64,000 nt of DNA from Thermoplasmata archaeon. GTDB lineage: Archaea > Thermoplasmatota > Thermoplasmata > GCA-020350865. The notes below the pieces were generated by a model that ran no database searches, was not told where the DNA came from, and worked only from the letters and a program-made list of their open reading frames with translations. The position numbers and the translations under genes are program-made. Position 1 is the stretch's first letter. Each line of letters starts with the position of its first letter. The stretch lies in assembly GCA_020348445.1 (NCBI GenBank), contig CP070751.1, positions 2,181,186 to 2,245,185 of the forward strand, written 5' to 3'. Positions 56,055 through 64,000 of the stretch are shown one piece after another.

Positions 56055-59024
56055 TCATATCCCAATAAATATGAATTTCGTATTGTTTGAAGTCGAAATT
56101 TGGTAACCCTTGGTCATCTCCAAGACAATGTCAAAAGCTCCCTTGGGCATTATCGTTGAATGCCAGCACCATCTCTGTTTGTTGTTATCGAAATAATTAA
56201 TTCCAACTGTATCGGGGATGTTGTCGCAGTACCAATCTGCCGTATGGTTAAAGTCCAGTATCAGCGGTATCCCCATTGTATCGTATCCAAAAAAATATTC
56301 CTCAGTCCAGATTCCAATGCTGTATGTGCTCGCACCCTGGGTACCAAGGACATTAAAAGGAACCACCATGTAATACAGCCTGGCCCCAGGAATATTGGCC
56401 TGAATGCCGTTATGTGTAGTTGTGTTGGTTCCATAATCGACCCTACGCGCAAAGAAATAATCATCGCCAAAATCCCTAAAAAAGCCGTCCCTTGTATTCG
56501 AATAATACACTTCGTACCAATCTCCGCTACCCATGCCCGCTGGCTCCTGCCAAGTCAGGTATACATCTCCAAAGGGTAAGATATCTACTTGAAGGTTCTT
56601 TGCAGAAAAAGCTGGATTAAATCCTAAAAATCCGCTATTATCATGATAACTTATCATTGCACCTGGCATACCATAAAAAGTATAGATAGTCTGGCTGCTG
56701 AATTTCACCTCATAGCCTTCGCCCAATTTCATTTGTGTATTGTTTGTGTCACCATCTCCAAAATTATGCTGCATCCAAGTACGCGTGGTGGCATTCATGT
56801 ATCTGATATACTCAGCGTTCATGTTGGTTGTTAAATTGTCCGTATATAATACTTCAATTGGTTCCAGAGGCAAGGAGAATGTGGATACACCTTGTGGAAA
56901 TATCCTTGTCCATTTCCCAACTGTTCTGCTGGTTCCGGTCACTTCATAATCATCATTCACAGCTCTTATGACATAATAGAACTGTTCCTGATAATAGTCA
57001 TCTCCGGGAAGTGCAGCTTTGGCATCCCTCCATTGGGTTCTGAGGGGAATGGGAGACATCTCGGTTGTTATATCAAAATCACTTGAGGTATTCACCCACA
57101 CTGAATCAAAATCGAAATCTACCTGGGTTGGTGAACGATATAACAAATAATAAGCAAGGTCCGGGTTTGAGGGTGGATCCCAGTTTAGAATCACATCTTC
57201 CCCATCCTGGCTAACGTTTATGTAAAGAGTGGGCGGCAGAAAAGGCACCCCCAATCCTTCAATAAGGTCCATCAATGGATAATTATCCTGGGAATCCAAA
57301 TCGATTACATAGGGGGTATCCCCAATTCCATCACTGCCCAGGATATTTTGCATGGGGCCTTTGTAGTCATCAACACCACCGTAATCTGACCAGTAATTCC
57401 CACCTGAAGGATAACCGTCATCCCAGAAATTATCGCTTCGATCATCATATGCTTGAGTTGGATTGTTGTCTACGATGTTGTTGTGGTAGATTCGATTATT
57501 TGGTGAGCCCTGAAGATAAATACCCCAGCCGTTGTTCGAGACAAGGTTGTCAATGATGTTATTTTGACTGCTAATGCCATCGAGACGGATGCCATAAACG
57601 TTATTCGAGATGTTGTTGCCAATGATGTTGTTCCAGTTGGAGGAACTGAGAAAGATAGCATAAAAGTGGAACGTGAAGGTGTTGTCCTTGATGGTATTAC
57701 CAATGGACAAACTTATCGAAATGCCATTCCTGGCATTTGAAGAAATATCATTATGGGTAATTGTATTATAGTTACTGTCATATGTGATGTAGATACCGAC
57801 ACCGTACACCTCTTCGTTATTGTTAGTAACATTGTTGCAGGTAAGGGTGTTGTAACTAGAATTATAGAAGTGGAAGCCATTAGCCCTATTCTTGGAGACC
57901 GTATTGTAGACGATAGTATTGTATTCCGAGAATCTGAGGGTCATACCGTACATGATATTCGAGGAGACAGTGTTGTTAACGATAATGTTATTGTTTGAGA
58001 AGCCGAGTTGAATACCAATGCAAACATCTCTAAGTTCATAGTTTTCTAATTTTACGTATTCGCAGTTGGCAAGGATCACCTGTCCAGCACCTAATGGGAC
58101 TGTCCCACCCCAACGATTCTCCCAGTAATATATTGGCTTTCCATTGACTGTATTTGAGGTATCTATAGTGTGGGTGTTCCAATGCTCAACCAACTCGCCC
58201 CAAATACGGATTCCATCTTTTAGCATCATATTGTTGACGAGAGTGTTACCACAAGAGGTCTCGATATTAATGCCATAACGATTGTACGAAATATTATTGT
58301 TGACAATGATATTATAACTGGAGTAAAAGAGCATGATTCCGTCACTGTTATTAGAGACGGCATTATTGGTAATAATGTTATAGTTACTATATTGATCGAG
58401 GCGGATGCCAGGGCCCTTGTTCGAGATTGCTATGTTATCAGTGATAGTGTTATAGTTACAAGATTGAGTGAGGTAGATGCCATTGCCATTGTTAAAAGCG
58501 GTATTATTGGTAATGAAGTTCCTATTAGAACCCTCGAAATATATGCCACTGTGGCCCCAATCTCGACCATTTGAGGAGAAGTTGTTGTTTGAGATATTGT
58601 TTCCGCTTGAACTTAAAAGATAGATGCCATTACTATTGTTAATTATATTGTTCCCAAAAATTGTATTATTATCTGAAATTATTTTTAGTCCTGTCTGATC
58701 CTGAAAAGGTCCGTTCTTGGTGATCGTAAATCCTGATATATTCACCCAATCTACAATAATTCTAACAACATCTCCACTCCCACCACCATCAATAATAGTA
58801 TTTTCCCTATCCTCTCCTATTAAATTTATAGTCTTGTTCACTACCAAATGTTCATAATAAATCCCATTGTAGACATAGACAGTATCACCATCATTACTTG
58901 CATTTATCGCATCCTGGATTGTGGAATAATCAGTGGGAACATAGATTGTTGCACTTCCACAAGAGGTTTGTATCAGATTTTTGTCGGGAACAATGAAAAC
59001 CATAGTTGACATTATAAAAAGCAC
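56055..59024 (-). CDS. Secreted NosD-like beta-helix protein with type-B C-terminal region (two FN3-like domains alternating with degenerate GWNL-like repeats); true start uncertain
   Basis: TIYVPTDYSTIQDAINA, beta-helix repeats, GYPSGGNYWSD, VILNWDPP..YYLLYRS and VYLTWQEP..YEVYYS, ending FIFIGI. The frame stays open upstream to about 59123. Confidence 0.85.
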   Translation of the reverse strand: MLFIMSTMVFIVPDKNLIQTSCGSATIYVPTDYSTIQDAINASNDGDTVYVYNGIYYEHLVVNKTINLIGEDRENTIIDGGGSGDVVRIIVDWVNISGFTITKNGPFQDQTGLKIISDNNTIFGNNIINNSNGIYLLSSSGNNISNNNFSSNGRDWGHSGIYFEGSNRNFITNNTAFNNGNGIYLTQSCNYNTITDNIAISNKGPGIRLDQYSNYNIITNNAVSNNSDGIMLFYSSYNIIVNNNISYNRYGINIETSCGNTLVNNMMLKDGIRIWGELVEHWNTHTIDTSNTVNGKPIYYWENRWGGTVPLGAGQVILANCEYVKLENYELRDVCIGIQLGFSNNNIIVNNTVSSNIMYGMTLRFSEYNTIVYNTVSKNRANGFHFYNSSYNTLTCNNVTNNNEEVYGVGIYITYDSNYNTITHNDISSNARNGISISLSIGNTIKDNTFTFHFYAIFLSSSNWNNIIGNNISNNVYGIRLDGISSQNNIIDNLVSNNGWGIYLQGSPNNRIYHNNIVDNNPTQAYDDRSDNFWDDGYPSGGNYWSDYGGVDDYKGPMQNILGSDGIGDTPYVIDLDSQDNYPLMDLIEGLGVPFLPPTLYINVSQDGEDVILNWDPPSNPDLAYYLLYRSPTQVDFDFDSVWVNTSSDFDITTEMSPIPLRTQWRDAKAALPGDDYYQEQFYYVIRAVNDDYEVTGTSRTVGKWTRIFPQGVSTFSLPLEPIEVLYTDNLTTNMNAEYIRYMNATTRTWMQHNFGDGDTNNTQMKLGEGYEVKFSSQTIYTFYGMPGAMISYHDNSGFLGFNPAFSAKNLQVDILPFGDVYLTWQEPAGMGSGDWYEVYYSNTRDGFFRDFGDDYFFARRVDYGTNTTTHNGIQANIPGARLYYMVVPFNVLGTQGASTYSIGIWTEEYFFGYDTMGIPLILDFNHTADWYCDNIPDTVGINYFDNNKQRWCWHSTIMPKGAFDIVLEMTKGYQISTSNNTKFIFIGI

Positions 59025-59121
59025 ACTGACTATAACATACGATCTTTTTAGTGTTTTAACCTTCTTCTCTCTTCGCCAGGTATTATTCGTATGTACACGC
59101 CCCCTCCTTATTCCGCATACT

Positions 59122-59183
59122 ATTTATTATATACATATTTGACATGGTTTTTAAGGTTTATAAAGATTCTGAGCTTAAAAAGA
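59122..59183 (-). promoter_or_regulatory. Upstream/promoter segment of the beta-helix gene, homologous to 62680-62740
   Basis: Alignable blocks ATTTATT..TATT.GACATG.TTTT.AAG..TATAAA..AGCTTAAAA.GA in both copies; includes a TATA-like element on the minus strand. Confidence 0.6.
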
Positions 59184-59265
59184 AAATAAAAAAGATGCTC
59201 AGGAGCTTGTTTTGCCCCTGAGGACTAAGAACCTAGTGCGTGAAATGTTTGGTCTGTCCTTATTA

Positions 59266-59733
59266 TTAATACCCAACAGCATCGATTTCTGGTCCGTAGA
59301 TTGGATCTTCAAAAGATGTCTGACCCGTTGCACCAGTGATAAGGACCCATTGCCAGTATATTCCTGGAGTCGACGGTGTGGTAAAGTGGTAATCAGCTCC
59401 ATCCCACCCAATCCCCAAAACTGCATCAGTTGTATTACCAATGGACTTTATCTCTACCCCATACGATTCATTTTCAGTAGAACCACCGTAGACCGTGAAA
59501 GTTGTGCTAGGGGGCATCGCATTGGTAACGCCAAAATCGAGCACTAGTGTTCCGAGTGTTGATGGATTTGTCCCTGCAGTAGCAAAGGAATTATCAGGTG
59601 CACCTACTGCATCATTTACATTCTCACAGTCAATAGATAATGATGCATCAATTATCCAAGGAGCAACTGCTGAGCCGCTCATAAGGATGGTTACGGCTAG
59701 TAATATTCCAAATGTTATGACAATCTTCTTCAT
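59266..59733 (-). CDS. Small secreted beta-sandwich protein, paralog 1 (ends GPEIDAVGY)
   Basis: Signal peptide ending SGSAVA; DCEN..A.GAPD.S.AT.GTN and IYGPEIDAVGY shared with 62818-63324. ATG at 59733 follows GGAGGTGA. Confidence 0.85.
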   Translation of the reverse strand: MKKIVITFGILLAVTILMSGSAVAPWIIDASLSIDCENVNDAVGAPDNSFATAGTNPSTLGTLVLDFGVTNAMPPSTTFTVYGGSTENESYGVEIKSIGNTTDAVLGIGWDGADYHFTTPSTPGIYWQWVLITGATGQTSFEDPIYGPEIDAVGY

Positions 59734-59757
59734 TTTTTTCACCTCCCTTTAAACCTG

Positions 59758-59784
59758 GTATTTATTCCGCGCCCCGCCTCGGCG
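59758..59784 (-). repeat. Conserved 27-bp GC-rich element upstream of small secreted gene 1
   Basis: CGCCGAGGCGGGGCGCGGAATAAATAC on the minus strand; 26/27 identical to 63359-63385. Confidence 0.9.
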
Positions 59785-60007
59785 TGACCCATTCTACATA
59801 CATTATCATAACCTGCTGTGATAGTCAATATACTCCGACTCTTGGTCATTACCATCTTTTCACATTTGGACCTTTTAAGATGGCGCCCTCGCATACGAAG
59901 AGTTGAACTTCCCGCCACTCCCTTACTCATTTGAAATACGACATATATAAACTTTTCGACTTTAAAATATAGAAGAGCATAGATGATATTGTGTAGATTG
60001 GCATATT

Positions 60008-62647
60008 CTATAATGGAACTTCCCAAACTACTTCATTCTTTGAGTGAACATAATATCCTCTTCCAATCTCGAAACCATCAGATGGTCCCATCTTCTCCCA
60101 TCTCTGTCTTGCTGAATCATAAGTCCAGATCGCATTCACATCAGATGGGAAATCGATGTTGTTCAAGGCCGCGGTTCTGTCCCTATTGTTCAAAGAGGGA
60201 TAGCCAACCATGTTCCAGCCTGGATGTAAAGCTATGTTCTGGTTATCGATCAGTCTGGTTCCATTATAGAAAAAAATCGTATCCCCTGGCTGAGTGATAT
60301 GAACCCAAAAGCCCATCTTCTCGTTGAGCTCGAATAAATCGTTTCCATAAGGCTTGTTTATCTTGTAATGCTTCCATTGGTCTTTATTGTCGGTGATATT
60401 ATACCATTGGACCGCATCATACAATCCATCGATGGATTTAAGCACTTTTGTAAGGTTTTGTTCTTCCTGGATCAGAGGTAAGGAAATAAGGTTCCAGCCC
60501 TGTTTTAAAATCATAAAGTTCATGTTAGGCTCTATTAGCGGGTAATTATCCCGGGAATCCGAATCAATCATATAAGGATTCTTACCACCCCCTCCAATCG
60601 TCCCGTTATCAACTATACCATCGCTACCTAATATGTCCTGACCTTCTCCATTATACTCATCATACGCCCCCTCGCTTGATTCATCGAAATCTGACCAGTA
60701 ATTCCCTCCTGATGGATAACCATTGTCCCATCGATTTGCATTATTGGTGCCATCATAAGCTTGATTTGTATTGTTTATGATGTTGTTGTGGTAAATACTG
60801 TTATTTGTCGAGTCATTTAAATAGAAACCATAGTTGCCACTCAAGATGACAGTATTACCTATAATGCCATTCCAGTCGGAGGAAGAGAGTAAGCGGATGC
60901 CATCCAAATTGTTCAAAGTAATATTGTTACCCATTATAGCATTGTTAATTGCCGAAGAAAGCCTGATGCCGTGAGTGCTATTCGAAATGTTGTTGCCTGA
61001 TATTATATTGCCATCTGATGATGAGACGTTTATACCTCTTAAATTGTCGGAGATATCATTACCCGTTATTTTATTGCTTGATGACCACACAAGAAGGATG
61101 CCATCATAAATGTTCGATGATAGTATGTTGTCTGTTATTATGTTGCTGTCTGAAAATTGGAAAAGATACAATCCATATTTATTATTCGTAATATTGTTGT
61201 TACATATGGTGTTTCTCATAGATAGATACTCGATACAGATACCGGATTCCTCGTTTGAGGAGATATTGTTGTTAAAAACATAGGTTTCGTTGCACCAAAT
61301 GATATAGATCCCGTAATCGGAGTTTGAGAAGATGGTATTACCTGCGATGATACATCTATTGGATCCATCAATACGTATACCATCAACTCCGCTTTGCGAG
61401 ATGTTGTTGCCTTCGATGATGGTCTCATTGGATACCATGATAATGATACCTATTATACCAATCCGATGAAGGTGGTTGTTTTTAATGGCGGTTAAGGGGC
61501 TAGAATCAAGGTAAATGCCATGACCGCACCAGTCGAAGGTATTGTTTTCGATAGTATGATTTGGTGAAAACCACAAGTAAATACCCTTAGGATTACTCGA
61601 AATATTATTATGTATTATGCAATTCCCATTGCAATATAATAGACGAACACCAATTGCACCCCAGTTTGGAGAGATGGTATTGCCAATTATGTGGTTCCCA
61701 TGAGAAGTATCAATGAACATGCCATCGGCGCCATTATTCGAAAATGTATTGCCTGAAATGTTATTTCTATGTGAACGATAAAGATAGAAGCCATTATAAA
61801 AGGTATTATCAACAATATTACCTATAATGTTGTTTTCGCTGGAATAATAAAGACCAATACCATACCAGTAGTTACATGAGAAAACACCATTGCCTACGAG
61901 GTTATTATTAGAAGAAAAACCAAGTATAATTCCGGCACAGACAGAAGAGATTACTTGACTCTCAACATTAACGTTCGTGCAGTTGGCAAGTATAACTTGG
62001 CCTGCGTCAGGGGGGACTGTGCCTTCTATTTGGTTCTTCCAATATTGAATCGGTCTACCACTGATTGTGTTTGAAATGTCGATATTGTGACTGTTCCAGT
62101 TTTCAAGTTTCCCACCCTTGATATAAATTCCACTATCTAACATAATATTGGCCGTAATATTATTTTCACAGGAATAATTGAGAGAGATTCCAATCCTGGT
62201 GTTAGTGAACTTATTGCCTGATATTGTATTATGATCAGAATTTACTTTCAGTCCATCCACAACAGGATTTCCTGAGGTGATTGTGAATCCTGAGATATTT
62301 ACCCAATCAACAAAAATCCTCACCGCTGGTTGACCCCCTCCACCATTGATTATTGTGCCATCCCTGTCCTCACCAGTCAGATTTATTATCTTATTAACTC
62401 CCACATCTTCATTATACGTCCCATTGTAGACATATACTGTATCCCCATCTTTTGCAGCATTTATCGCATCTTGTATTGTGGGATAATTAGTGGGGACATA
62501 GATTGTTGTTCCGCTGGAAATTTGAAAAAGATTATTATCAGGAGTGAATAACATTACAATCGATATAATAATAAGCATGCATATTATACCAGATGAACTT
62601 TTCAGTCTTTTAATCCGCTTTTCTCTCTTATATGTGTTAACATTCAT
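60008..62647 (-). CDS. Secreted NosD-like beta-helix protein with type-A C-terminal domain
   Basis: Signal peptide, TIYVPTNYPTIQDAINA, long beta-helix, GYPSGGNYWSD, GWNLISLP...VVWEVPL. Confidence 0.87.
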   Translation of the reverse strand: MNVNTYKREKRIKRLKSSSGIICMLIIISIVMLFTPDNNLFQISSGTTIYVPTNYPTIQDAINAAKDGDTVYVYNGTYNEDVGVNKIINLTGEDRDGTIINGGGGQPAVRIFVDWVNISGFTITSGNPVVDGLKVNSDHNTISGNKFTNTRIGISLNYSCENNITANIMLDSGIYIKGGKLENWNSHNIDISNTISGRPIQYWKNQIEGTVPPDAGQVILANCTNVNVESQVISSVCAGIILGFSSNNNLVGNGVFSCNYWYGIGLYYSSENNIIGNIVDNTFYNGFYLYRSHRNNISGNTFSNNGADGMFIDTSHGNHIIGNTISPNWGAIGVRLLYCNGNCIIHNNISSNPKGIYLWFSPNHTIENNTFDWCGHGIYLDSSPLTAIKNNHLHRIGIIGIIIMVSNETIIEGNNISQSGVDGIRIDGSNRCIIAGNTIFSNSDYGIYIIWCNETYVFNNNISSNEESGICIEYLSMRNTICNNNITNNKYGLYLFQFSDSNIITDNILSSNIYDGILLVWSSSNKITGNDISDNLRGINVSSSDGNIISGNNISNSTHGIRLSSAINNAIMGNNITLNNLDGIRLLSSSDWNGIIGNTVILSGNYGFYLNDSTNNSIYHNNIINNTNQAYDGTNNANRWDNGYPSGGNYWSDFDESSEGAYDEYNGEGQDILGSDGIVDNGTIGGGGKNPYMIDSDSRDNYPLIEPNMNFMILKQGWNLISLPLIQEEQNLTKVLKSIDGLYDAVQWYNITDNKDQWKHYKINKPYGNDLFELNEKMGFWVHITQPGDTIFFYNGTRLIDNQNIALHPGWNMVGYPSLNNRDRTAALNNIDFPSDVNAIWTYDSARQRWEKMGPSDGFEIGRGYYVHSKNEVVWEVPL

Positions 62648-62679
62648 TCTTAAATACCTCTTCCATTATTTAACACAAC

Positions 62680-62740
62680 ATTTATTTACACACGTATTAG
62701 ACATGATTTTGAAGATATAAATAATTATTAGCTTAAAAGA
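62680..62740 (-). promoter_or_regulatory. Upstream/promoter segment of the beta-helix gene, homologous to 59122-59183
   Basis: Same alignable blocks as the 59122-59183 copy. Confidence 0.6.
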
Positions 62741-62817
62741 TAAATGAGAAAATGCTGAGAAGTGAGTTATACCCCCAGCATCTATGAGCTTGGTTCGATA
62801 GGATAAATGCAATGTCT

Positions 62818-63324
62818 CTATGGATATTCATAGCCAACTGCATCGATTTCAGGTCCATAGATTGTATCTGTTGCGTCAGTCTGACCATCTTCACCATCTA
62901 TCTTTACATATCGCCATACATGCCCTGAGCCAGATGTTCCCGTTGTAAAGTTGTTGTCAACTGTATCCCAATTATTATTCCAAGGCCCACATGATGCGAG
63001 AAAATCATCTCGATATACCTCTACAGTATATTCTTCTTTTAGTCCCCAACCATTTGTTCCAAACACTGTAAATAATTGGTTGTCGGGTATCCCCGTAAAT
63101 CCCATATCGAGCCACAAGTCTCCAGTTGCAGGAGTAGGTTCATTTGTCCCAACTGTAGCATAAGAACTGTCTGGGGCACCAAGGGCCTCTTCTGGATTCT
63201 CACAGTCTACTGCGGAGTAAACAGAACCTGCATAATACCAAGCAGCAACTGCTGAACCGCTAAAAAGAATTGTTGCGATTAGTAGTGTTCCTAACATTAT
63301 TCCGAATGTTTTCACTTTTCTCAT
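62818..63324 (-). CDS. Small secreted beta-sandwich protein, paralog 2
   Basis: Signal peptide ending SGSAVA; DCENPEEALGAPDSSYATVGTN and IYGPEIDAVGY; GGAGGTGA Shine-Dalgarno site. Confidence 0.85.
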   Translation of the reverse strand: MRKVKTFGIMLGTLLIATILFSGSAVAAWYYAGSVYSAVDCENPEEALGAPDSSYATVGTNEPTPATGDLWLDMGFTGIPDNQLFTVFGTNGWGLKEEYTVEVYRDDFLASCGPWNNNWDTVDNNFTTGTSGSGHVWRYVKIDGEDGQTDATDTIYGPEIDAVGYEYP

Positions 63325-63358
63325 CCTTTATCACCTCCTCCCATTCGGGATTTTATTA

Positions 63359-63385
63359 GTATTTATTCCGCGCCCCACCTCGGCG
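63359..63385 (-). repeat. Conserved 27-bp GC-rich element upstream of small secreted gene 2
   Basis: CGCCGAGGTGGGGCGCGGAATAAATAC on the minus strand. Confidence 0.9.
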
Positions 63386-63685
63386 CCTGCCATATCATAG
63401 CTCAAAAATGTCAAAGGGCTGTATCTAAAAAGGTTTAACGGGAATATCGTATTATCATCTCTCCTCTCCTGCCTTTCATTACCTCCGCCCTCTCCATGTT
63501 TTTTGATGGAGTTGTCACATCTCAAGTGGTAATGTTTCCCAACATACCTTCCAATGCATAACAGTTGCTAGATGGTGTATAAATACGTTTTGTGGAACGT
63601 TGCGCAAAAGATTTTTATACTAGAAAATGTCCAGATAAAAAGAATATACCCATAACGGAATGGTGAGGAAACAATAAGTTTTACA

Positions 63686-64000
63686 TCAAATCCCAATAAA
63701 GATGAATTTCGTGGAGCTTGAAGTGGATATTTGGTATCCTTTCGTCATTTCTAAAACGGTATCAAAAGCTCCCTCGGGCATCCTTATGGAATGCCACCAC
63801 CAACGCTGGTTGCTGTCATTAAAATAGTTGATCCCCACACAATCAGGTATGTTATCACAATACCAATCAGCAGTATAGTTAACATCCAATTTCAGCGGTA
63901 TCCCCATTGTATCATATCCCTCAGAATATTCCTCAGTCCAGATACCCACGCTGTATGTGCTCGCACCCTGGGTACCGAGAGCATTGAAAGGAACCACCAT
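63686..64000 (-). CDS. C-terminal part of another type-B surface protein (5' end beyond the window)
   Basis: MVVPFN.LGTQGASTYS.GIWTEEY..GYDTMGIPL...TKGYQISTS..TKFIFIGI aligns end to end with the C-terminus of 56055-59024. Confidence 0.85.
   Translation of the reverse strand: MVVPFNALGTQGASTYSVGIWTEEYSEGYDTMGIPLKLDVNYTADWYCDNIPDCVGINYFNDSNQRWWWHSIRMPEGAFDTVLEMTKGYQISTSSSTKFIFIGI

Noticed and set aside
55965-56057. Selenocysteine or pyrrolysine read-through joining the type-A relic to the upstream gene
   Set aside because: It would need read-through of both TGA and TAG within three codons. The relic is only the last 27 residues of the module, and no Sec/Pyl machinery is visible in the window.
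59739-60026. The 95-aa ORF here and the 64-aa ORF at 63331-63525 as full-length proteins
   Set aside because: Only their last 17-20 codons are similar to each other. The upstream parts are unrelated and the first overlaps the end of the neighbouring gene. Only the short uORF versions were kept as candidates.
296-61428. Numerous 60-200 aa ORFs antisense to or nested in confident genes (e.g. 15377-15946, 17920-18372, 23444-23944, 32382-32885, 36894-37496)
   Set aside because: They are shadows of well-supported genes on the other strand or frame, with no recognisable motifs or ribosome-binding sites.
40087-62647. Nitrous-oxide reductase maturation (nosD) function for the NosD-like proteins
   Set aside because: No nosZ, nosF, nosY or nosL in the window. 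The similarity reflects the generic parallel beta-helix repeat.
56055-64000. Diversity-generating retroelement (TR/VR pair) between the similar 3' ends at 56055-56370 and 63686-64000
   Set aside because: Mismatches involve all four bases and fall largely at synonymous positions rather than being adenine-specific. Both copies are coding gene ends and no reverse transcriptase is in the window. This is ordinary paralogy.
1-64000. CRISPR array, IS element, provirus or rRNA
   Set aside because: No regularly spaced repeat-spacer array, transposase, integrase, capsid-like gene or rRNA-like sequence was seen. The repeats present are protein-coding or the short elements listed.

Overview
Chromosomal segment of an archaeon, most likely an uncultured Thermoplasmatota (Thermoplasmata) lineage. 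Markers are the PolD small subunit, archaeal ProRS and IleRS, Rpp21, DUF835, an HTH_10 regulator and many secreted beta-helix proteins. Most of the window is housekeeping and amino-acid metabolism: carbamate kinase, DRG GTPase, proS, ileS, serS, purA, Trk, thiL, biotin carboxylase, a split lysine-ketoglutarate reductase/saccharopine dehydrogenase pair and a DUF1015-serC-serA cluster. I see no CRISPR array, integrase, transposase or rRNA. The main observations beyond the ORF track are: (1) a tRNA-Val(UAC) gene with two BHB introns, one in the D-loop and one canonical, followed by an att-like 14-bp copy of its 3' end; (2) two clusters (37.9-44.3 kb and 56-64 kb) of secreted beta-helix or beta-propeller proteins that share interchangeable C-terminal modules, with an in-frame relic of one module type left behind the stop codon of a gene that now carries the other type; (3) a tandemly duplicated unit of a small secreted protein plus a beta-helix protein, preceded by a conserved 27-bp GC-rich element that also reads as a frame-conserved uORF ending in the Shine-Dalgarno site; (4) an IleRS fused to zinc ribbons and DUF835; (5) a GT2 + flippase-like + YfhO-like glycosylation cluster with two methyltransferases. 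All family assignments come from motif recognition by eye; no database searches were run.
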